Assembly: GCA_025056115.1 (NCBI GenBank)
Contig: JANWVM010000001.1
Coordinates: forward strand, 11,643-75,642
Direction of reading: 5' to 3'
DNA length: 64,000 bases
Origin: Gloeomargarita sp. SKYG116
GTDB lineage: Bacteria; Cyanobacteriota; Cyanobacteriia; Gloeomargaritales; Gloeomargaritaceae
The notes below the pieces were generated by a model that was given only the letters and a program-made list of their open reading frames with translations, was not told the origin of the DNA and made no database searches. This document shows, piece after piece, positions 9,476 through 18,663 of the stretch; position 1 is the first letter of the stretch, and each line of letters begins with the position of its first letter. The translations under genes were made by a program, and so were the position numbers.

Positions 9476-9952
9476 ATGGACGTGCAGGTGCGGATGTGGC
9501 TGCAACCGGTAGCTGACTTTTTCAACGGTTTGCATTTCCCGGAACCGATTGTGCATTGGGGGCATCCCGTGATGATGGGAATTGTGCTGGTGTTTATGGG
9601 TAGCTTTGCGGCCTGGACGGGTTGGCGAGGCCGGCTGGCAACCGACCCCCAGGTAGCGCAACAGGCCTGGAGCGAACACCGGAAATTAACGCCTTGGTTG
9701 TACCTGTTCCTGGCACTGGGTTACAGCGGTGGATTGCTGTCGTTGGTGATGCAGGGCCAAGAAATTTTCCACAGCGCTCACTTTGTGACCGGAACGTTGG
9801 TCTTGGCTGGCTTGACGCTGAATGCGCTGCTGGCGTTGGGCATGAAACGCCAAGCCCTGACCCGCACCTTGCATGCGTACGTCGGTAGCGCTACGTTGGC
9901 AGTGGCAGCCGTGCACATGGCCCTAGGCGTGCAATTGGGGTTGTCGTTCTAA
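9476..9952 (+). CDS. DUF4079-family integral membrane protein
   Basis: 158 aa with four hydrophobic segments and conserved His residues (HWGHPVMMG, HFVTG, VHMALG). Family assignment is from memory. Confidence 0.55.
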   Translation: MDVQVRMWLQPVADFFNGLHFPEPIVHWGHPVMMGIVLVFMGSFAAWTGWRGRLATDPQVAQQAWSEHRKLTPWLYLFLALGYSGGLLSLVMQGQEIFHSAHFVTGTLVLAGLTLNALLALGMKRQALTRTLHAYVGSATLAVAAVHMALGVQLGLSF

Positions 9953-9962
9953 AGGAAGCTGG

Positions 9963-11177
9963 ATGCGAGTCATTTGGGGTTGTCTAATTGGGTTATTGTG
10001 GTGGTTTGCCAGTGGCGTGACCGCGCCGGCATTGGCGTTGACCGATGCGCAGCGACTGGTGGTGGAGGTGTGGCACATTGTGAACCGGGCCTATGTGGAC
10101 CCCACCTTCAACGGCCATAACTGGCAACAGGTACGGCAGATGGCGCTACGGCAACCCTTAGAAACCATGGCCCAGGCGACCCAAGTGATCCAGGATATGC
10201 TCAGGCAACTGGACGACCCGTTTACCCGCTTGCTGCCCCGCCAGCAGTACCGCACGCTCCAGACGACAACGGCCGGCGAGTTGACAGGGGTGGGGTTGCA
10301 AATTGTGTTGGATACCGAGCGGCAAGTGCCAATGGTCGTTGCGCCGATTCCGGGTTCACCGGCTGCTCAGGCGGGCATTCAGAGTCATGACCGGATTGTG
10401 GCGATTGACGGCGAATCAACAGTGGGAATGGATATGGAGAGTGCAGCCAGCCGGATGCGCGGTGCGCCGGGCACGTTGGTAACACTGACTCTAGAGCGCG
10501 GCGAGCGGCAATGGACCGTGACCTTAGAACGGCAGCGGGTGACCTTGCCCTCGGTGGTGTGGGAATTGCGACCAGGCGGCATCGGCTACATCCAGCTAAG
10601 CCAGTTCAGTGCGGGTTCAGCGGCAGAAATGGCCCAAGCGATCCAAGCGCTCGAAGCCCAAGGCGTGCGTGGTTATGTCCTGGATTTGCGCAACAATCCG
10701 GGCGGTTTGTTCCAGGCGGGTTTAGAGATTGCCCAGGAATGGCTGGACCAGGGAACGGTGGTGTACACGGTTAGTCGGGATGGCACAGAGACAGATTTCA
10801 CGGCAACAGGCAAGGCCCTGACCGATAAACCCTTAGTCGTGCTCATCAACCACGGCACCGCCAGCGCCAGTGAGATTGTGGCCGGAGCGTTGCAGGACCA
10901 TCACCGGGCGCATCTGATTGGGGAAACGACGTTTGGCAAAGGCTTAATCCAATCCGTTTTCCCGTTGAGTAATGGCGATGGCTTAGCGGTATCGGTGGCC
11001 CGTTACGAAACGCCAGCGCACCACAACATTCACCGGCGCGGCATTGTGCCTGACCAGGTTGTGCCGGCTGCCGACAGTGCCGAGAACGACCCGCAGTACC
11101 AGGCGGCCGTGGCTTGGCTAGACCGTTACTTGGCCCAGGCGACAACCTCTATCCTGGAGAAAGGAACGCGGGGGTGA
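9963..11177 (+). CDS. carboxyl-terminal processing protease (S41, Ctp family)
   Basis: 404 aa. Signal-like N-terminus, a PDZ region (GVGLQI...AQAGIQSHDRIVAIDG), the catalytic region LINHGTASASEIVAGALQD, and TFGKGLIQ. Confidence 0.85.
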   Translation: MRVIWGCLIGLLWWFASGVTAPALALTDAQRLVVEVWHIVNRAYVDPTFNGHNWQQVRQMALRQPLETMAQATQVIQDMLRQLDDPFTRLLPRQQYRTLQTTTAGELTGVGLQIVLDTERQVPMVVAPIPGSPAAQAGIQSHDRIVAIDGESTVGMDMESAASRMRGAPGTLVTLTLERGERQWTVTLERQRVTLPSVVWELRPGGIGYIQLSQFSAGSAAEMAQAIQALEAQGVRGYVLDLRNNPGGLFQAGLEIAQEWLDQGTVVYTVSRDGTETDFTATGKALTDKPLVVLINHGTASASEIVAGALQDHHRAHLIGETTFGKGLIQSVFPLSNGDGLAVSVARYETPAHHNIHRRGIVPDQVVPAADSAENDPQYQAAVAWLDRYLAQATTSILEKGTRG

Positions 11178-11178
11178 C

Positions 11179-12462
11179 ATGGACAAAATCAACATTGGTT
11201 TGCTGGGGCTAGGAACGGTGGGCGCAGGGGTCGCCGCAATTCTATTGGACCCCCAGGGACGCCATCCCCTGCTAGCCGACATGGCGCTACGGCGCGTGGG
11301 GGTGCGTTCGTTACACAAGCCCCGAGCATTGCACTTACCAGCGGGAATTCTCACAACTGACCTGGTGGGCTTGGTCCAGGACCCGGATATTCACATCGTG
11401 GTGGAAGTGATGGGGGGGCTGGAACCGGCGCGCAGTCTCATCTTGCAGGCGATTCAACAGGGAAAGCACGTGGTGACGGCCAATAAAGCAGTTCTAGCGC
11501 GCTACGGTGCGGAATTATGGCAGGCGGCCAGGGAAAAAGGGGTGTATGTTTTGATGGAGGGCGCGGTTGGCGGCGGTATTCCCATCATCCACCCGTTGAA
11601 GCAAGCCCTAGGCGCCAACCGTCTCACCCGCATTTTGGGCATTGTCAATGGCACCACCAACTTCATCCTGACCCAGATGGAAGCAGCCGGGATGGATTTT
11701 GCTGCGGCCCTAGCGACGGCGCAATCCCTGGGTTATGCGGAAGCCGACCCCCGCGCTGATGTGGACGGCGAAGATGCTGCCGACAAGATTGCCATCCTTG
11801 CCACCCTCGCCTTTGGGGTGCAGGTCGTGCGGGATGAAGTGTACTGCGAGGGCATTGGCGGCATCGAACCGGTGGATTTGCAGTACGCTGAACGACTAGG
11901 CTTTCGGGTGAAATTGTTGGCGCTGGCCCAACGGCAAGGAGAAGCCCTTGACATCCGGGTGCACCCAACCCTCATCCCCCGCAGTCATCCCTTGGCCAGT
12001 GTGCAGGGGGTGCAGAATGCGATTGTCCTAGGCGGCGACCCTGTGGGAGAAGTCATGCTCCAGGGACCTGGGGCGGGAGCCGGACCGACAGCGAGTGCTG
12101 TAGTGGGGGATATTGTGAATGTGGCGGCTACGCTGCGGGCCAATTCGGGCTATCATCCCTTGTTGGGAGCCACTGGTGCGATTCCGACGCGGCGGCTACC
12201 CATGGACGAGGTGCATACCCGTTTCTACACCCGCGTTTTAACCCAAGACCGACCGGGGGTCATTGGCCAGTTGGGTACCAGTTTTGGCCGGCACGGGGTG
12301 AGCTTGGAATCAGTGGTGCAAATTGGTCGCCAAGAGGAATTGGCCGAAATTGTTGTTGTTACGCATCAAGTGCGGGAGGGGGATTTTTGGCTAGCGCTGG
12401 AGGAAATTCGCCAGTTTGCGGCGGTCATGGCCATTCCCACAGTGCTACGGGTTTGGTCGTAG
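11179..12462 (+). CDS. hom: homoserine dehydrogenase
   Basis: 427 aa. GLLGLGTVGAGV Rossmann motif, LGYAEADPRADVDGEDAADKIAILA, and a C-terminal ACT-like domain. It starts 1 nt after the ctp stop. Confidence 0.9.
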   Translation: MDKINIGLLGLGTVGAGVAAILLDPQGRHPLLADMALRRVGVRSLHKPRALHLPAGILTTDLVGLVQDPDIHIVVEVMGGLEPARSLILQAIQQGKHVVTANKAVLARYGAELWQAAREKGVYVLMEGAVGGGIPIIHPLKQALGANRLTRILGIVNGTTNFILTQMEAAGMDFAAALATAQSLGYAEADPRADVDGEDAADKIAILATLAFGVQVVRDEVYCEGIGGIEPVDLQYAERLGFRVKLLALAQRQGEALDIRVHPTLIPRSHPLASVQGVQNAIVLGGDPVGEVMLQGPGAGAGPTASAVVGDIVNVAATLRANSGYHPLLGATGAIPTRRLPMDEVHTRFYTRVLTQDRPGVIGQLGTSFGRHGVSLESVVQIGRQEELAEIVVVTHQVREGDFWLALEEIRQFAAVMAIPTVLRVWS

Positions 12463-12749
12463 AAGACCCGCAACTGCAAGAAATTCAGGCTCTGGTGCGG
12501 GCGGCAGCGCGGGCGCGCGAGGGCAATGCAACAGCTTTGTTAGCATTACTCCGGTTACTAGAGGCGTTGCACCGGGAAATTGAAACCGGCCCCTTTAACG
12601 ATGCGCTGCCTCGCACCCGCCGGGATTTATACAACTTGTTACTGGATATGGAAACCCATGGCGGTTGGCCGTACATATACCGCCGTAGTCTGGAGAGTCT
12701 GTTAACCCACTTGCGAGAGACCGAAGCGCTAACGGATGGGCAGGAATGA
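12453..12749 (+). CDS. hypothetical protein (about 98 aa); start uncertain
   Basis: The reading frame has protein-like composition (...EIQALVRAAARAREGNATALLALLRLLEALHREIETGPFNDALPRTRRDLYNLLLDMETHGGWPYIYRRS...). The track start at 12387 lies inside hom. The only plausible start after that is the TTG at 12453. Confidence 0.35.
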   Translation: MVVEDPQLQEIQALVRAAARAREGNATALLALLRLLEALHREIETGPFNDALPRTRRDLYNLLLDMETHGGWPYIYRRSLESLLTHLRETEALTDGQE

Positions 12750-12866
12750 ATTGGAAAATTAGAAATTTTGTTCACAACCCTGATTCCCAGTACCCGTTTG
12801 CGGAAAAATAAGGGTACACTGAATGCCATAACCCCGTGCCTCCACACCGTTGAAGGGAGAGTGGTC

Positions 12867-13763
12867 ATGTTACCGGAACAGCAGCGCAAAATCCTGGTGT
12901 ACTTCATCGAAGAGGCCAAAGAGCATTTACAAACCCTAGAGCAAGGGTTGATGAACCTGCAGGCCAACTCCCGCGACAGCGAAATGGTCAACGAAATGTT
13001 CCGGGCTGCCCACTCGATCAAGGGGGGGGCCGCTATGTTGGGTTATGACAGCATTCGTCGCACAGCGCACCGGCTGGAAGACTGTCTCAAGATCGTTAAA
13101 GAACACCCCGATACCCCACTTGACCAGGAAACAGAAGATTTGTTCTTGCAAGGGTTTGAAACCCTGGAGGACTTGATCCAGCATCTGGAACAGGGGGATT
13201 TGACCGAAGAGATAGGACAGATGGCTTTGCAAAAGTCAGAACCGGTTTTTGGGTTATTGCAACAACGCCTAACAGGGGTACCAATGGAGCCTCAACCTGC
13301 GGTTCCGGCTAACTTTTCCGCTCAAGTACTGACCATCCTGCGGCAGATCCTGGCACTGGTCAAACAGGGCGACGGGTCAGAACGGGCGCAACAAGTCGCT
13401 GCTCTGTGTGGTCGGTTAGGGGCGTTAGCTCCCAGTATTCCCACCTGGCAAACCCTCACCCAAATAGCCCAGAAAGCTGCCACCAATCCCCGCGTGCCTC
13501 TCAACAAAATCGCAGCCGTATTGCTAAACGAATTAAAACGGGCCAGTGAACTGATTCAACAGGGCAAAAGTCAACAAGTTGCCCCCAGTGAAATCCTGTG
13601 TCGTTTGGCCAGCGTGGAAGCTGCAACTGCTGCATCCCCTAAACAAATTGCCATTCCCTTGGAGCCACGAGAAGCTGCCAAATTACTAGTTGCCCACTTT
13701 GAACCAGCCCAGTTGGCTGTCCTGGCCAAGTTATTGGTGCAAGCGTTGAGGCGTCCCACTTGA
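12867..13763 (+). CDS. Hpt (histidine phosphotransfer) domain protein with an uncharacterised C-terminal half
   Basis: The ATG at 12867 is preceded by GAAGGGAGAG. The Hpt signature is FRAAHSIKGGAAMLG. About 180 C-terminal residues match no recognisable family. Confidence 0.7.
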   Translation: MLPEQQRKILVYFIEEAKEHLQTLEQGLMNLQANSRDSEMVNEMFRAAHSIKGGAAMLGYDSIRRTAHRLEDCLKIVKEHPDTPLDQETEDLFLQGFETLEDLIQHLEQGDLTEEIGQMALQKSEPVFGLLQQRLTGVPMEPQPAVPANFSAQVLTILRQILALVKQGDGSERAQQVAALCGRLGALAPSIPTWQTLTQIAQKAATNPRVPLNKIAAVLLNELKRASELIQQGKSQQVAPSEILCRLASVEAATAASPKQIAIPLEPREAAKLLVAHFEPAQLAVLAKLLVQALRRPT

Positions 13764-14143
13764 TGCCCCGTCGGATTTTGATCGTTGATGACGAACCCCA
13801 CATTCGGTTATTGCTGGAACAAACGTTAGAGGATTGGGCAGAAGCCACTGGTGTGGAATTACTCAGCGCCAGTAACGGTCTCGATGCCTTAGCGTTAATC
13901 CAGAGCCAGCGCCCCAACTTAGTGTTTTTAGATGTTATGATGCCCCAGATGAATGGCTTTGACGTATGTCGTCAGGTGAAGCAAGAACTGGCCTTAGAAG
14001 GCATCTATATCGTCCTGCTCACGGCCAAAGGTCAAGAATTTGACAAAGCACAGGGGCGAGCAGTAGGAGCCGATCAGTACATGACCAAGCCTTTTGACCC
14101 TGACCAGGTTGTGCGTTGTGCCATGGAGGTACTGGGGTGTTGA
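13760..14143 (+). CDS. single-domain response regulator (CheY-like receiver)
   Basis: 127 aa. ILIVDDEP, DVMMPQMNGF, LTAKG and KPF. ATGA start/stop overlap with the Hpt gene. Confidence 0.85.
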   Translation: MMPRRILIVDDEPHIRLLLEQTLEDWAEATGVELLSASNGLDALALIQSQRPNLVFLDVMMPQMNGFDVCRQVKQELALEGIYIVLLTAKGQEFDKAQGRAVGADQYMTKPFDPDQVVRCAMEVLGC

Positions 14144-14958
14144 CCTGGGGTAAACGCACTTATCTCATGGGCATTGTCAACGTAACTCCCGACAGTTTCA
14201 GCGACGGCGGCGATTATTTCGCTCTAGATTTAGCCGTTGCTCATGGGCAAAAGCTGGTTGCTGAGGGAGCTGACATTCTGGATATCGGGGGACAATCAAC
14301 CCGCCCTGGCGCTGAGATCATTCCAGTTGAAGAAGAACTGCGGCGAGTGATTCCGGTGATCAAAGCCTTAGCCGCTCTCGTTACTGTCCCCATTTCTGTG
14401 GATACCACCCGGGCGGTCGTCGCTGAACAAGCCCTTGCTGCCGGAGCAACCTGGGTCAACGATGTTTCTGGCGGCACTGACGATCCGGAACTGCTGACCG
14501 TCGCCGCCCGAGCAGGGGCAACCGTGGTGTTAATGCACCGGCGCGGCACCCCGAAAACCATGCAGACGCTAACCCACTACGACGATTTAATTGGGGAAAT
14601 TCGAGATTTTTTAGGGCAACAGGTGTGCAAAGCTCAACAACTCGGCATAGAACACATCGTGATTGACCCGGGGATTGGTTTTGCCAAAACTGCTGACCAA
14701 AACTTGACCATTCTCCGAGAACTCCACCAGTTCAAAACCCTAAATCGTCCTCTGCTCGTTGGCCCTTCGCGCAAGAGTTTCATCGGTCATATCCTCAACC
14801 AACCCGATCCCAAGCAGCGGGTATGGGGAACTGCCGCCGCCTGTTGTGCAGCCATTGCTCACGGTGCTGATATTTTACGTGTACACGATGTGGCAGCTAT
14901 GAAACAAGTTGTGCAGGTGGCAGATGCCATCTGGCGGGGCAATGGGTACACCTCCTAA
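14116..14958 (+). CDS. folP: dihydropteroate synthase
   Basis: GIVNVTPDSFSDGG, DIGGQSTRPG and GPSRKSFIG. Start is the ATG at 14116, inside the receiver gene, or the GTG/TTG at 14137/14140. Confidence 0.9.
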   Translation: MCHGGTGVLTWGKRTYLMGIVNVTPDSFSDGGDYFALDLAVAHGQKLVAEGADILDIGGQSTRPGAEIIPVEEELRRVIPVIKALAALVTVPISVDTTRAVVAEQALAAGATWVNDVSGGTDDPELLTVAARAGATVVLMHRRGTPKTMQTLTHYDDLIGEIRDFLGQQVCKAQQLGIEHIVIDPGIGFAKTADQNLTILRELHQFKTLNRPLLVGPSRKSFIGHILNQPDPKQRVWGTAAACCAAIAHGADILRVHDVAAMKQVVQVADAIWRGNGYTS

Positions 14959-16234
14959 CATTCTGCTATTAACCACCGGCTGTCTCTCTTTTGCCCATGG
15001 AACTGGTGCTCGCTTACTTCAGCATTTCGCTAGTTATCCCCGCCAGCACCTGTGGAACATCTTTTGCGGTCTGCAGGGTGAACCAGAACTGGATCAGCAT
15101 CTTTGGGTGACCATTCATGGCGACTGGCGAGCTAGTTTGCGACGCTGGCGACGACGATTATTCGGCATCCCGACAGCAGTGGATATGCGCACTATTCGTC
15201 AGTACCTAACTCGCCGAAAATGGCATCCTGATTTAATTTACGCTACCTGTTTACATCGGGATGACCTCATCGTCTTGGATGCAATTTTGCAGCAATATGA
15301 TTATGCCTTGCCAGTTATTCAACATTTTTTAGACTGGCACCCTGATGACTCAGAAGCGATTCACTTGTTGCAGAAACTCAATCCCTACCTGAGTGAAGTA
15401 TGGGCCCTCACGGAGAACATTCAGCTAGATATTAGCCACATCTTGGGGAGGCCAACATCGCTAGTCAGTGTATTTCACTGTGATTTGCCAACAATCTACA
15501 AACAACACCATCACCCCTACAGCAGCAATTTCCGTGCTGTTATCTTGGGCAACTGTAGCTACACAGAAATCTTCGATGATTTAGCCTATGCCTGGCAACA
15601 ATTAGAGACCGACTTTCCTGACTTACAACCAATTCATTGGTACGGCCATCCGAATGCAATAAACAGCCTCTTTCAGAGAGGTTATAAACTACCACCTGCG
15701 ATTGAATATCGAGGGTTTATCGCCAATGAGGAGCTAATAGCAAAGTTAGTAACATATGACCTAGCGCTCATTCCGTTTAACCGAGCCGATCAACCCGAGT
15801 CCTATTATGCGCGCTATTCCTGTCCTTCGCGTATTACGGAGCTAGCAAGTGCTGGTTTACCACTCTGTCTTCTCGCCGGTTCAGAGACTGCTGCAGCACA
15901 GTACATCTGGCAAAACGATATCGGTGTAGTAGTCAACCCGAGCCATCGAGAACAACTCATCGCTGAACTGAAAGCCCTTCTCCAAGACTCAGCCCTTCGC
16001 CAGACTCTTGGACACAAAAGCCGTTGCTTTGCCGAAGCCCACTTCGATGTCGTCAAGCACCGTCAGTTTCTGTATGCCACCTTCAACCGACTCTTGCAGC
16101 AGCCTACTGAAATTGCGCCTGCTTACGCAACAACTCCTCTAATGTCAAATCAAAATCGGCTCGCCCTGCAAAAACCGTACCCACCTCCTGCCGGTAAAAC
16201 GTCACCGATGCCAGATGATAGTGCTCCTCCGTGA
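14942..16234 (+). CDS. GT-B-fold glycosyltransferase-like protein
   Basis: I chose the ATG at 14942 (MGTPPNILLLTTG). The C-terminal half has the GT1/GT4-like pattern ...YSCPSRITELASAGLPLCLL...GVVV.... The last ~40 codons are low-complexity and overlap the pstS 3' end. Lower G+C than the flanks. Confidence 0.5.
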   Translation: MGTPPNILLLTTGCLSFAHGTGARLLQHFASYPRQHLWNIFCGLQGEPELDQHLWVTIHGDWRASLRRWRRRLFGIPTAVDMRTIRQYLTRRKWHPDLIYATCLHRDDLIVLDAILQQYDYALPVIQHFLDWHPDDSEAIHLLQKLNPYLSEVWALTENIQLDISHILGRPTSLVSVFHCDLPTIYKQHHHPYSSNFRAVILGNCSYTEIFDDLAYAWQQLETDFPDLQPIHWYGHPNAINSLFQRGYKLPPAIEYRGFIANEELIAKLVTYDLALIPFNRADQPESYYARYSCPSRITELASAGLPLCLLAGSETAAAQYIWQNDIGVVVNPSHREQLIAELKALLQDSALRQTLGHKSRCFAEAHFDVVKHRQFLYATFNRLLQQPTEIAPAYATTPLMSNQNRLALQKPYPPPAGKTSPMPDDSAPP

Positions 16235-17141
16235 GGGGAATGTAGCCAACTTGCGACACAATCTTCGGCGCATTTTTTAGGTAAAAACTAACAAAATCCT
16301 TCAATACTTCCTTTTCCTGTGCCTTCGCAGCGTTGACATAAATAAACAGAGGCCGGGTCAGGGGGCGATAACGGTAACGTAAGACATTTTCCAAGGTAGG
16401 CGCAACTGGACCTTTACCGTTATCAATCGGCACTGCCTTCATCTTGTCTTTATTTTTTTCATAATAGGCCAAGCCGAGGTAACCTAGCGCGTTAGGGTCC
16501 TGGGAAATGCCCTGCACCAGAATATCATCATCCTCACTGAATACCACATCCTTACGACTCGCATCTACCTTACCCACAATTGCTTCCGTGAAATAATCAA
16601 ATGTCCCCGAATCTACCCCCGGACTAAACAAATTTAAAGGCCGCTCAGGGAAAGTTGCCCGTACCTGGTTCCACTTTTTAATTTTCCCCTCTGCTGCTGG
16701 TTCCCACATCTTACGTAATTCCAGAACTGTTAATTTGTCCACCCAATTATTTTCTCGGTTCACCACCACAGTCAGAGCATCAAAGGCGATGGGCAGCTCA
16801 ATGTAACGGACATCATTACGGTTACATAGATTCATTTCTGTGCGGTTGATAGGACGGGACGCATTGCTAATGTCAATTTTGCCCTCACAGAACTTACGAA
16901 ACCCACCCGTTGTTCCCGAAAATTCCACTGTTAACTCTTGCAGAAGCTGAGGTTGAGTTTGCTGAAATGCAACTGCAACTGCTTTAGTAATTGGATACAC
17001 TGTGCTTGAACCATCAATTGCAATACTGGCTGGCTTGGGTGCCTTGCTCCAGTTGCACCCCCCCATCCACACCAGCAAACTGGCTAGTAAAATGCCAGAC
17101 CTTCGCCGCCACCCCCAAAACCCCATCCTGGCAACCTCCAA
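16104..17141 (-). CDS. PstS-family phosphate-binding lipoprotein (SphX-like), not linked to pstCAB
   Basis: 345 aa. Signal peptide with a lipobox (LLVWMGGC), IDGSSTVYPITKAV, and a periplasmic-binding-protein layout. Confidence 0.8.
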   Translation of the reverse strand: MEVARMGFWGWRRRSGILLASLLVWMGGCNWSKAPKPASIAIDGSSTVYPITKAVAVAFQQTQPQLLQELTVEFSGTTGGFRKFCEGKIDISNASRPINRTEMNLCNRNDVRYIELPIAFDALTVVVNRENNWVDKLTVLELRKMWEPAAEGKIKKWNQVRATFPERPLNLFSPGVDSGTFDYFTEAIVGKVDASRKDVVFSEDDDILVQGISQDPNALGYLGLAYYEKNKDKMKAVPIDNGKGPVAPTLENVLRYRYRPLTRPLFIYVNAAKAQEKEVLKDFVSFYLKNAPKIVSQVGYIPLTEEHYHLASVTFYRQEVGTVFAGRADFDLTLEELLRKQAQFQ

Positions 17142-17349
17142 TCCGTTTTAAGTAAGTGACTAAATGGCTAAGCTCGTCTAACCCACTCATAACCCATACC
17201 CTACACCAGGCGTACTGTCAAGAGTCCGTTAGTGACAACGTACTACAAGAATAAAATTTCCACTTTTTTTAAGCTCGCTCCCTAGAAAGATAAGTCACTC
17301 TCTAATATACTAGTATGATTGAGCGTGTTTGTTTTTAATCTTTCATCGT

Positions 17350-18660
17350 ATGGATGAAATTTTAGAAAAAATCCGTCAGCAATTTAATTACGGTCCTTAC
17401 CCCCGCCATTCCCTGGAGCAGTCACCGCGCAATGACCGAGATTTTTTATTTATCCACAATCTAACAACGCCCTACTACTTACGTTACCGGCAACGACCAC
17501 CTCAAAACATCACGATTCTAGATGCAGGTTGCGGTTCAGGGTACAAAGCTTTAGCCTTAGCGCTAGCGAACCCAGGCGCCCACATTGTTGGAATTGATTT
17601 GTCTGAGAAATCGGTAGAATTAGCTCGACAACGATTGGCATTTCACCAGATACCAAGCTATGAATTTCACGTTATGGCAATCGAGCAAGTTGCTGACCTG
17701 GGTATAATGTTTGATTACATTAATTGTGATGAAGTACTCACATTAGTGCCTGACCCAGTAGCGAGTTTGACAGCCTTAAAACAGGTGCTAAAACCTCTTG
17801 GTATTATGCGAATTAATGTGCATAATTTGTATCAAAGACAATACTACTTTCAGGCGCAGGAATTTTTTAGGATGATTGGATTGTTAAATGACAATCCTGA
17901 GGAGTTAGAAATACAAATAGTTTATGAAATTATGGAAGAGCTTGCCGATCAGATTTATGTCAAAGGAACTTGGCGGCGGTATGTAAAAAGTAAGCCTGAT
18001 GAGAAAAGCAAAGAATTTATTCTTATGAACTATTTATTGCAAGGCGACAAGGGTTATACAATTCCTCAACTGTTTGACTGTTTAGAGACAGCTGGTCTGG
18101 AATTTATTGAAATGGTCTATTGGCCGAAATGGCGACTAAAATCTTTATTCAAAAATCCAGATAATCTACCAGCAGCATTACATCTAGCGCTTGAGGAAGC
18201 CAGTCCAGCGGAAGTCTTACACTTAGTCAATTTACTGCATAGCGGTGAGCGACTACTCGATTTGTGGTGTGGTCATCCCGATGCGGAATTGCCGCCCCCC
18301 GCTAACGGTCAACCGATGGTTTCACTCCATCCACAATTGGTTGATGAAACAGTTAAAAAAGCTTGGCAGGAACATTTGCAAGGGGGACGGCCATTCCTAT
18401 TATCAGATTATTTGAAAGTGCCGGTGCAGGGGCCTTTTCAGCAAGAGCAAGTGGAAATTGATGCCATTGCCTTGGGAGCATTATGGCCTCTGTTTGAGGG
18501 CACCCAAAGTTTCCAGAGCTTACTCCAACGATGGTTGCAACTTTATCCCCGTGACTTACTTACTCTAGAGCCAATTGCAGAAGAAACGGCTGCGACGATG
18601 TTGCGTGAGTTGTTGCTGTTCTTGAACCGGTACCTGTATGTATTGCTTACGGTTGAATAG
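17350..18660 (+). CDS. class I SAM-dependent methyltransferase with a ~240-aa uncharacterised C-terminal domain (paralog 1)
   Basis: ATG at 17350 (MDEILEKIRQQF...); the track start at 17329 is a TTG. SAM motif I is ILDAGCGSGY. Markedly AT-rich; sample lines are about 40-43% G+C. Confidence 0.75.
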   Translation: MDEILEKIRQQFNYGPYPRHSLEQSPRNDRDFLFIHNLTTPYYLRYRQRPPQNITILDAGCGSGYKALALALANPGAHIVGIDLSEKSVELARQRLAFHQIPSYEFHVMAIEQVADLGIMFDYINCDEVLTLVPDPVASLTALKQVLKPLGIMRINVHNLYQRQYYFQAQEFFRMIGLLNDNPEELEIQIVYEIMEELADQIYVKGTWRRYVKSKPDEKSKEFILMNYLLQGDKGYTIPQLFDCLETAGLEFIEMVYWPKWRLKSLFKNPDNLPAALHLALEEASPAEVLHLVNLLHSGERLLDLWCGHPDAELPPPANGQPMVSLHPQLVDETVKKAWQEHLQGGRPFLLSDYLKVPVQGPFQQEQVEIDAIALGALWPLFEGTQSFQSLLQRWLQLYPRDLLTLEPIAEETAATMLRELLLFLNRYLYVLLTVE

Positions 18661-18663
18661 GAC

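Noticed and set aside
12485-13021. 178-aa minus-strand ORF spanning the gap between the small hypothetical gene and the Hpt gene
   Set aside because: The sequence is Cys/Ser/Arg-rich and not protein-like. It overlaps two plus-strand frames that have better composition, including the Hpt motif.
17142-17349. Pho boxes (8-bp PyTTAAPyPy(T/A) repeats with 11-bp periodicity) upstream of the orphan pstS, and the 7-bp inverted pair AGTGACT / AGTCACT
   Set aside because: YTTA-containing octamers (CTTAGCCA, TTTAGTCA, CTTACTTA, CTTAAAAC on the minus strand) are spaced 8, 8 and 4 nt apart, not 11. They also sit within about 50 nt of the start codon. The inverted 7-mers are short enough to arise by chance in AT-rich DNA.
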